From sequence record NC_048173.1: 64,000 nt of DNA. One strand, 5' to 3'. The notes beneath the pieces were generated by a model. It worked only from the letters and a program-made list of their open reading frames with translations. It did not search any database and had not been told where the DNA came from. Position numbers and translations under genes: made by a program. Positions 56,793 through 64,000 of this stretch are shown here, piece after piece. Positions within the stretch are counted from its first letter, which is position 1. Every line of letters starts with the position of its first letter.

Positions 56793-57683
56793 ATGTCACG
56801 CAATCTATTTTATTACACCGGTTTAGAGCGAGTGATGCGGGCGATAACACTGGCCAACGGGTTAACTAACCTGACGACATCAAACTGCGTTATCTCCAAA
56901 CCGGCTCCGATTTCAGGCAGTTGGAAAGAGAACACCACCACCAAGAACACGGTTGTGAAAATTTCTCAGACTATCCCGGCTGTTACGTACAACGGTAAAA
57001 ACTGGGTCACGTATGACCGTGTTCCTATAGCGTCGATGTTGAACCAGTTACCTAACGCCGCCACCCTCAAAGTCGACCATCCTGCGAATGTTTATGCGCT
57101 GCTCCGCGCGATTAACCGTCGTTGGGGTATCGGGTTGGAAGAAGCGGACGTTATCAACGACCCTATCACGCTGGATGGCGACGGTAAAGCTACCGTCACG
57201 ATGATGATACACCCAGACAGTTATTTGTACACTGGGAGTTTCACCTTCAATATCGTGCCGGGTGATGCCAACTTGGACGAGAACGTCACGGTGACCACGT
57301 TGTCGGGTATGAACTACCCTGACGGTAACACAGCCGCGCTGGGCGGCAGTAAAGGCTATGCCCAACCGTACAGCTACAGCTTCGACTTCACGTTGAAAGA
57401 AGCCGAACTGCGCGCGCTGAAAGTGGGGACAGACCTTGGGACACTGGCGGACATTCTGACGTACATCACGAAAACCACGTGGACGAATGGCGCTTCGGAT
57501 GCGGATAACGCGTACACCGTGCTCGGCTCGGAAATCCTGTACAATGGTTTGAACTCATCCAGTTACCCGACCAGTTCCGCCTTTAAGTATCTGGTGATTG
57601 TGAAGATGGGTCCACGGAGCAAACTGCAAGGGAACATGTACCTGCAGTTTAATGATAAGGACGACCCGAACTCCCCTAACTAA
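56793..57683 (+). CDS. Tail/baseplate paralog 6
   Basis: KNTVV, YDRVPI, INRRWGI, DSYLYTG, MYLQFNDKDDP. Confidence 0.8.
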   Translation: MSRNLFYYTGLERVMRAITLANGLTNLTTSNCVISKPAPISGSWKENTTTKNTVVKISQTIPAVTYNGKNWVTYDRVPIASMLNQLPNAATLKVDHPANVYALLRAINRRWGIGLEEADVINDPITLDGDGKATVTMMIHPDSYLYTGSFTFNIVPGDANLDENVTVTTLSGMNYPDGNTAALGGSKGYAQPYSYSFDFTLKEAELRALKVGTDLGTLADILTYITKTTWTNGASDADNAYTVLGSEILYNGLNSSSYPTSSAFKYLVIVKMGPRSKLQGNMYLQFNDKDDPNSPN

Positions 57684-57694
57684 CGGAGGCTGCT

Positions 57695-58513
57695 ATGGCT
57701 TTGTATAGCCAGTCTCAGCAACAGTACATGGTGGATGCCATTAACGCCCGTAACCCGGGCGCTATCAGTTTACTGACCCTGAAGAATTGCTTCATCGGTA
57801 AACCGAAGGCTATCACCCCAAAACTACCGGGCGACCCCAACACGGAAATCGTGGTACGTGGCCGGCCGGGAAGTGGGTACATCGGTTCGCAAACGTTCCA
57901 ATATACTCGCTTGTCGCTGAGTGATTTGTTTAAGAACTTCACCCCTGTTATCACCATGCCGGGCATCGGCGTCACTCAACAGGCGGTAGCCAACATTAAC
58001 GGGCGTTACGGGTTGAACCTTGTGCCTGAAGATGTGGTGTCGTATTACCTGTACCGCAACTCGTTAAGCCCGCTGCGGGTGTATGGCACGAGCCTGCAAT
58101 ACGTGGGTAGCGTCAACATCAAATACGTACCGGGCCCGTACAGTCTGGAAGAACTGGTGGTCAACAACATCTTAAATGAGATGAACCATCCGATTGATCC
58201 AGACGACGGGAAACTCTGCGGTACCATGCTGGCCTACGGCGTGGACTTTACTGACGAATACCAGTTACTCGGTTCCTTCGCAACAGGTGCTATGGGTACG
58301 GGGTCGAACTTCACCTCGGGCCGTAGTGATTCGTTGGTTGACATGATGGAAGCCCGCGGCCTCCCACGCTGGGACTTCACCGGTGCGCGAGCGCAGGTCA
58401 AAACCACAGCCAACGAACCGCGTGCGAATAAAAAGTTCGACCGTGTTCTCGTGATTACGTTAGTCAACGACCCTCACGTGGCTGGCGATTGGTTACTCCA
58501 CTACAATATTTAG
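57695..58513 (+). CDS. Tail/baseplate paralog 7
   Basis: INARN, PNTEI, YTRLSL, INGRYGL, YGVDF, WLLHYN. Confidence 0.8.
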   Translation: MALYSQSQQQYMVDAINARNPGAISLLTLKNCFIGKPKAITPKLPGDPNTEIVVRGRPGSGYIGSQTFQYTRLSLSDLFKNFTPVITMPGIGVTQQAVANINGRYGLNLVPEDVVSYYLYRNSLSPLRVYGTSLQYVGSVNIKYVPGPYSLEELVVNNILNEMNHPIDPDDGKLCGTMLAYGVDFTDEYQLLGSFATGAMGTGSNFTSGRSDSLVDMMEARGLPRWDFTGARAQVKTTANEPRANKKFDRVLVITLVNDPHVAGDWLLHYNI

Positions 58514-58525
58514 TAGGAAACGAAA

Positions 58526-59404
58526 ATGGCAATTTATCAACCATCGAAAGATGTGCTGTTGGCCGCCGTTAATTCGCAGAACTCCCTGACGATTAAACTG
58601 ACCGACATTACCTACAGCGCACCCAAGGACATTCGTGGAACAGACCAAGAGTCTACCACCCAGCGTAACACGTTGGTGAAAATCACCGCAACCCCAACCG
58701 GTTCGTGGACAGGCAAAAAGAACCTGTTTTATAACCGCTTGAAAGTTGAAGATATCCAGACTCTTATTGGCGACACGCTGCAAGTGGGTAGCGTTACCCA
58801 TCTGCACGATGCGCTAATCGGTCTGAATAACCGTTACGGGTTTGCGTTTGAAGCTGTAGATGTGGAAAACACAGAACTGGAATGGGAACCGGACGGTCTG
58901 AGTGGTTTTCTGGATATCACTGCCAAAACTGACTCACTGGGTTGGATTGGGAGTGCGCGCTTTAAACTGGCGAAAGGTGATGAGTCGCTGCAGTCTGCAG
59001 TTACAACCACCACCCTGAACGGTCTGAAGTATCCGAACGGCGACATGGGTTCTGTTGCACAGACTGCGGTTCTGGCAGAAATCTATTCTTATCCGTTTGA
59101 TCACACCGCGAACCGTGATGCGCTGTTGGTATACCAGCCGGGTGTATTGGCTGCAGGCGCTGACCTGAACAACCTCGTTACACTGCTAAATGGTATCACG
59201 GGCACAACGTGGGTAGCGACGAATGCCGCCTCGTGGGGTCTGCTGGGTGCAGAAATCACCTATAACGGACTCAACAAAACCGAGTTCCCAACTAACACCA
59301 AGTACAAGTACGCAATGGCTATCAAGCTGCCTGCGACGACCACGAACATTAAGGGCACCCTGTACGTCCAGTATAGCGACCCTGACGACCCGAACGAGGT
59401 GTAA
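58526..59404 (+). CDS. Tail/baseplate paralog 8
   Basis: VNSQN, RNTLV, YNRLKV, LNNRYGF, DSLGWIG, LYVQYSDPDDP. Confidence 0.8.
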   Translation: MAIYQPSKDVLLAAVNSQNSLTIKLTDITYSAPKDIRGTDQESTTQRNTLVKITATPTGSWTGKKNLFYNRLKVEDIQTLIGDTLQVGSVTHLHDALIGLNNRYGFAFEAVDVENTELEWEPDGLSGFLDITAKTDSLGWIGSARFKLAKGDESLQSAVTTTTLNGLKYPNGDMGSVAQTAVLAEIYSYPFDHTANRDALLVYQPGVLAAGADLNNLVTLLNGITGTTWVATNAASWGLLGAEITYNGLNKTEFPTNTKYKYAMAIKLPATTTNIKGTLYVQYSDPDDPNEV

Positions 59405-59407
59405 TCT

Positions 59408-60235
59408 ATGTTGTCCTACAAAAAGCCCTCTAACGAGCTGGTATACGACCTGATTAACCTCGCCAACCCTGACCTGCCGGTACCGGTTTCTGCTGCTAAC
59501 GTTATCATCGAGAAAATCACCGATGTGGCGGTGAACGCGGCATCAAACCAACGTAACACATCGGCCCGTTTGCGCGGCGTTCAGGGTGCAGGGTATACTG
59601 ACTCGGTAACGCTGTATTACGACCGCATTAACTTAGCAACCATTATACCGGTGTATAACCAGTCGAAGGCAGGGTTCACGACCTTTACGGCGACAAACGT
59701 ACACGGGGCGCTGGCAGCTATCGAAGAAGCCTTCGGTGTTAATTTCGGCACGATGGATGTGGTGAACACTGGTTTAGCGGGTGCAAACTCGCCAGACTAT
59801 TCTTCGCAGTTTACGTTAAGTGCCCAGCCTAACTCCCCAGCATATCGGGGTTCGCAGGGTGTGCGTTATTACCGCGGTAAGCCGGTTCTTGATACGTCCA
59901 TTACCAAAGATGTATTGAGTGCGCTGACACATCCTATCGATGAAACTCTCAACAAGAAGTGCGTTGACTTGTTGACGTATGGTATCGACTTCACGGCGTA
60001 CAAAAACCTGTTGAACGTTACAGCGGCGGGTCTACCTAACTGGGCAGGTCTGCGTACCGTGCTAGATCAGCTGGGTATTCCGCAGTACGCGGGTCCCCTG
60101 AACTCGAACACTGTGCAGGATGTTGCGACCTCCACCATGCCAACGGCGAATAAGAACTTCGACCGTGTTGTGGTGCAGACCGGTATCGACGATGTCGGTG
60201 TGAAAGGCGTGGCGTACTACCACTACAACAGTTAA
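59408..60235 (+). CDS. Tail/baseplate paralog 9
   Basis: INLAN, RNTSA, YDRINL, NSPAYRG, YGIDF, YYHYN. Confidence 0.8.
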   Translation: MLSYKKPSNELVYDLINLANPDLPVPVSAANVIIEKITDVAVNAASNQRNTSARLRGVQGAGYTDSVTLYYDRINLATIIPVYNQSKAGFTTFTATNVHGALAAIEEAFGVNFGTMDVVNTGLAGANSPDYSSQFTLSAQPNSPAYRGSQGVRYYRGKPVLDTSITKDVLSALTHPIDETLNKKCVDLLTYGIDFTAYKNLLNVTAAGLPNWAGLRTVLDQLGIPQYAGPLNSNTVQDVATSTMPTANKNFDRVVVQTGIDDVGVKGVAYYHYNS

Positions 60236-60239
60236 ACCG

Positions 60240-60266
60240 TGGCCCTTCGGGGCCATTTCTTTTTTT
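60240..60266 (+). terminator. Rho-independent terminator
   Basis: TGGCCC-TTCG-GGGCCA plus T tract. Confidence 0.75.
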
Positions 60267-60276
60267 GGGAGGCGTT

Positions 60277-61659
60277 ATGGGCCTTTATGGTAAGGCGGCG
60301 TTGGATATCCTCGGCGCACTTATTAACCGAGACAACCCGAGCTTAAAAACTCAGTTGAACTCGAGTAATATTGTGTTGCTCGGAGGCCCTTACACCACCG
60401 GACTAGGAACAAGTGGGCGAAATACTCGGGTCGTGATTAACGGCAAAACCGGGTCGGGCGTGACAGGGAAAAAAGAATTCTTTTATGACCGACTAAACCT
60501 CGGGGATTTGTTTAAGAACTTGACCGTTGTGTTTCAAGCCGGCAATAAAGTTGTTACTGTCGGAGATTTGCTGCCCGCATTAAATGAGCAATACGGAATT
60601 TATTTAACTGCGGACGATGTCACGAATGCTGGAACGAACTTAGGCTTCGGGTATACGCCGACCGCGGTTACTTTTAATATCGCCACCACCAGTCTGGTTT
60701 ACCGTGGAACGCTGTCTGCAACATGGACACGTAAAGCGGCGGGTGTGTATCCTGACTCGGGACCTGGGTCGAAGACCATGTTGATAGGCGATATGTCCGC
60801 GGGCTATTTCGGAACAGTGTCGCAAGACGAGATGTTTAACTCTTCAGAGGTGATGCAAGAGATGTTTGCAGGCAGTCTACCTGCTGGCGTGTCTATTGTC
60901 GTCGACCCCGCGATGTTGTGGATAAAGTTTGCCATCGACAATGAATTTGTTTTCTTCCCGACGAAAAATATTGCCTCTAACATCAGTTGGAACACGTTGG
61001 ATGCGGCAGGCGCGGTAATCGGTAATCGTAACGTGCCATTGCTCCTTGAGAAAAACGGTATGCAGTTGTTCCTTCCTCGGCTACCGAAGATGGGGAATGC
61101 TGATCCAATTGAGCCGGTTCGTGGTGATCCGACGTCTGATGCCGCCCGACTGTTCAATAAGGTTCACAACAGCTCGTACGGTACTGCGGTATGGGACATT
61201 ATCTCTACCTTAGACCAGTCCGCTTTCTGGTGGAAAAACTCCCGCGTTGGGTTCGAAACCTCGGCATTTGTAGCCGGCGCTAACCAAGCGGGTATTAACA
61301 GCACCGCTAAAACCGGCAATAGCAGCTGGCGCCCGTTGCTAAAACTCGTAGACGGTAAGGATTATGTTCTGCCCATGCGAAGCGTGCAGGGTGTGGCGGT
61401 CATGCCTCTCCAGCGTATCGATTTCTTTATTGATAGCACCCGTGACCCGAACATGCTGCTACCTATGGAGAACGTTGAAGGTAACCTGTACCTGAAATTC
61501 CCAGCACCGGTTAGTTACGCGCCTGTTTACGACACGATTGCGGCGGTGCCAAACCTGTCCGGGACTAAACCTATCCAATCTATCGTTGCGAGCTTCACCG
61601 CGACGTACGATACCCGTTTCAATTTATCAACCGCCAACGCAGAGCTTGACGGCTTTTAA
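60277..61659 (+). CDS. Hybrid tail protein: paralog-family N-domain plus a GYFG/WxKF C-domain
   Basis: GGAGG RBS; RNTRV, YDRLNL, LNEQYGI; then GPGSKTMLIGDMSAGYFG, WIKF. Confidence 0.8.
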   Translation: MGLYGKAALDILGALINRDNPSLKTQLNSSNIVLLGGPYTTGLGTSGRNTRVVINGKTGSGVTGKKEFFYDRLNLGDLFKNLTVVFQAGNKVVTVGDLLPALNEQYGIYLTADDVTNAGTNLGFGYTPTAVTFNIATTSLVYRGTLSATWTRKAAGVYPDSGPGSKTMLIGDMSAGYFGTVSQDEMFNSSEVMQEMFAGSLPAGVSIVVDPAMLWIKFAIDNEFVFFPTKNIASNISWNTLDAAGAVIGNRNVPLLLEKNGMQLFLPRLPKMGNADPIEPVRGDPTSDAARLFNKVHNSSYGTAVWDIISTLDQSAFWWKNSRVGFETSAFVAGANQAGINSTAKTGNSSWRPLLKLVDGKDYVLPMRSVQGVAVMPLQRIDFFIDSTRDPNMLLPMENVEGNLYLKFPAPVSYAPVYDTIAAVPNLSGTKPIQSIVASFTATYDTRFNLSTANAELDGF

Positions 61660-61670
61660 AGGATACCGTT

Positions 61671-62687
61671 ATGGCATTAAAACTTTCATGGGCGAATCCT
61701 AACAAGGCCGCCACAGCGATTCGTATTTATCGCAAAGATACCGATTTCGATAGCAGCACCTTGCCTGCGCCGTTGGCCTCAATCGGTCCAACTGAAACTG
61801 CTTACATCGACACTACTGCAGTCGAAGGTAAAACGTATTACTACATCGTGGGCACGGTTAGCGCTGTCGATGAAGTCTTTACTGCCAGCCAGAAAATCAC
61901 AGTTACTGATAACCGCGGTGTGGGGCCGGGTATTCTGGTAGGGGGTGACAATCTGTTAGGCTACTTCGGTCAAATCCCGACTGAAGACTTTGTTAACAGT
62001 AGCGTACTGTTGGCGGCGGCTGCCAGTGTCACCGGTATCCCTAACGCCCTCCAGACACCGGCATGGCATAAGTTCATTCGTAACGGGAAAATCCTTTATC
62101 TGCCCGACCAGATTATGGGTAGTACGGATTGGCGCTATTTGTATCAAGCCGGGTTCGTGTTCGGCGTCGATGCTAATGGCCCTCCCGGCGCAGTGCTCAC
62201 CGGTGTAACCCCCACGAATCAGTTGCGTACGTTTGTCTTCAAAGGTAAAACGTATAAGATTCGTCTGCTGCGTGGGTGGAGTGATGGTCCGGAAACAGAT
62301 ATCACCGCTTACAACGGCGCGGCCGCTAACCATGACAACATCGCGAATACCAAGGACAATGAGTTCAACGATTTAGTGTATGCGTTAAACATGTATACGC
62401 CAAACAAGCAGCGCACGCCAAACTTCATTAACTTAGCGTGGGAAAAGTGGGTGGGTCAGCCTACCACAAACTGGAGTGATACTGCGAGTTTGAACGCATT
62501 GATTGCGGCATATCGCATCACCTGTCAAGAACGTTGGCCTAATGGTAACGTGCTGTCTCGTGGGCAACGTGAGGTGACTTGGGGACCGAATGCCTCGCCC
62601 CACACTCGCGCGCACGTCTCCAATGCTGCGGCCGCAGCCTACACCCAGTCGATGTACTGGTTGCCAGTTTTAGAACTTGTTGATTAA
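61671..62687 (+). CDS. Tail protein with an FN3-like N-domain and GYFG/WxKF C-domain
   Basis: LKLSWAN..IRIYR..YIDTTAVEGKTYYYIV; GPGILVGGDNLLGYFG, WHKF. Confidence 0.8.
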   Translation: MALKLSWANPNKAATAIRIYRKDTDFDSSTLPAPLASIGPTETAYIDTTAVEGKTYYYIVGTVSAVDEVFTASQKITVTDNRGVGPGILVGGDNLLGYFGQIPTEDFVNSSVLLAAAASVTGIPNALQTPAWHKFIRNGKILYLPDQIMGSTDWRYLYQAGFVFGVDANGPPGAVLTGVTPTNQLRTFVFKGKTYKIRLLRGWSDGPETDITAYNGAAANHDNIANTKDNEFNDLVYALNMYTPNKQRTPNFINLAWEKWVGQPTTNWSDTASLNALIAAYRITCQERWPNGNVLSRGQREVTWGPNASPHTRAHVSNAAAAAYTQSMYWLPVLELVD

Positions 62688-62696
62688 GGGATCAAA

Positions 62697-63584
62697 ATGG
62701 GCATTAAATTAAATTGGGTAGACCAGTCTGTCCAGAACCTCGACGCGATTGAGATTTATCGTAGTACCTCGCCTATCGATTCAGACAACCCCGGCGCACC
62801 GATTGCAACCTTACCGGGCACCGCGACGTCTTACGACGACACGACAGTAAAAAATAAAAACGTTTATTACTATCGCGTTGTCGCGAAGAAAGGAACCGAC
62901 CGTAGCTGGGGACCAAACCAGTTCACTGGGTACTTTGCTGAAACCGGTCCGGGACGTCCCACACCATTGCGTGGCGATTGGAAAGCTGCGCTAATGGACA
63001 TTCTTGCCCCTGCAGATTTCATCACGAATGCTGCGTTGCGTGCGAAGGTGCCAGCTTTAGCCGCATTAACTGCAGGAGGAGAGCCCTCAGGCTGGTTTAA
63101 GATGTTTTGGAAAGGCAAAGTTTTCTTTGTGCCGAACGCAAACCTGATTACGGCGTCGTGGGGACAGGTGTACAATGCTGGGTTAGTGTACGGGGTTGAC
63201 GGTGTTGGTGACCGCCCGGCCGGTATTGGCGCGGGCACGGTGAATCAAAAAGTCACTGTGGACATCGGTGGCCGTCGTTACTTGATTCGTTGCCCGAAAC
63301 TTTCTTCGCTGCCCGAAACGTCTTTCGCCACCACACAGGCTGATACCCTCGGCTCCGAGTGGCGCGATACGATGGCACGTATGGTGCGAGAAACGGTAGA
63401 CCCACAACCGGGAAGTCTGACGCGACTGTATGATAATACGTCACTTCCCAACTTCTTCGGTTCCCACTACACGTCGGCTGGAAACATTATCATCCTGACG
63501 GGGACAAAACCTGAAAGCTACGCATCCATTGCAGGCGCAACTGCCGCCAGCGTTGGACTGGTATTAGAACTCATCATGCCGTAA
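62697..63584 (+). CDS. Tail protein with an FN3-like N-domain, paralog of the upstream gene
   Basis: IKLNWVD..IEIYR..YDDTTVKNKNVYYYRV; GPGRPTPLRGDW, WFKM. Confidence 0.8.
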   Translation: MGIKLNWVDQSVQNLDAIEIYRSTSPIDSDNPGAPIATLPGTATSYDDTTVKNKNVYYYRVVAKKGTDRSWGPNQFTGYFAETGPGRPTPLRGDWKAALMDILAPADFITNAALRAKVPALAALTAGGEPSGWFKMFWKGKVFFVPNANLITASWGQVYNAGLVYGVDGVGDRPAGIGAGTVNQKVTVDIGGRRYLIRCPKLSSLPETSFATTQADTLGSEWRDTMARMVRETVDPQPGSLTRLYDNTSLPNFFGSHYTSAGNIIILTGTKPESYASIAGATAASVGLVLELIMP

Positions 63585-63593
63585 GGAGGCCGT

Positions 63594-64000
63594 ATGGGAT
63601 TATACACACGTGGTTCGCTGGACTTATTGGGACAGCTTATCAAACGAGATAACCCCGGCTTCAAAGGCGAAATAAATAAGAGTACCGTGCTTGTATTAGG
63701 CGGTCCTTATACCTCTGGATTAGGCACAAGCGGGCGCAACACCCGCATTGTGTTGAATGGTAAGACAGGGTCTGGGGTGGTCGGTAAAAAAGAGTTTTTC
63801 TACGACCGCCTCAATATCGCCTCGATGTTCAACGGGATTACCGTTGTCTTCAAAGCCAATGGGCAATCAGCGACCGTGGCTGACTTGTTACCCGCCCTTA
63901 ACGAACAATACGGTTTAGGTTTAACAGCGGAAGATATCACCAACGGCTCTACAAAGCTCGGTACCGGCTATTCGCCGACACCGGTGACTCTGACTATCTC
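63594..64000 (+). CDS. 5' part of a second hybrid tail protein, close paralog of 60277 (truncated by the window edge)
   Basis: GGAGG RBS; MGLYTRGSLDLLGQLIKRDNP...LGGPYTSGLGTSGRNTRIVLNGKTGSGVVGKKEFFYDRLN; not in the ORF track. Confidence 0.85.
   Translation, partial: MGLYTRGSLDLLGQLIKRDNPGFKGEINKSTVLVLGGPYTSGLGTSGRNTRIVLNGKTGSGVVGKKEFFYDRLNIASMFNGITVVFKANGQSATVADLLPALNEQYGLGLTAEDITNGSTKLGTGYSPTPVTLTI

Noticed and set aside
2918-60266. Recurrent TTCG hairpins as CRISPR repeats or REP elements
   Set aside because: Stems differ in sequence, lie after stop codons and are followed by T tracts, as expected for ordinary intrinsic terminators.
52275-64000. Diversity-generating retroelement or invertase-driven tail switching
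   Set aside because: No reverse transcriptase, recombinase, near-identical template/variable repeat pair or inverted crossover sites seen; similarity is at the protein level only.
1-64000. tRNA, rRNA, IS/transposase, integrase
   Set aside because: No cloverleaf, rRNA-like segment or DDE/tyrosine-recombinase motifs recognised by eye; tRNAscan-SE would be the definitive check.

Overview
A 64-kb segment of a phiKZ-like (Chimalliviridae-type, nucleus-forming) jumbo phage. The host is probably enterobacterial, because PhoH, ThyA and an NrdA-type tail closely resemble the E. coli sequences as I recall them. Conserved core (3.6-23 kb): DnaB-like helicase, major capsid protein, a split non-virion RNA polymerase subunit, portal, virion proteins, RuvC-like resolvase and endolysin. 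Accessory/early region (1.2-3.5 kb and 23-52 kb): five GNAT-fold genes (three form a paralogous tandem-GNAT operon), PhoH, dTMP kinase, ThyA, a MazG-like protein, a BCS1-like AAA+ ATPase, HslV-like and HslU-like genes, two lipoproteins and many orphans. From 52 kb to the end lies an array of at least 13 paralogous tail/baseplate genes. Four copies of an early-promoter-like motif and many TTCG-loop terminators are visible. Most notable: an 86-aa stand-alone protein ending in the ribonucleotide reductase alpha-subunit redox tail (DDSGCEGGACKI), the tandem-GNAT trio, a remodelled HslU/HslV pair, shared early leader elements, and bidirectional ribosome-binding cassettes. No tRNA, rRNA, CRISPR array or IS element was recognised. 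All homology calls come from motif recognition by eye; no database searches were run.
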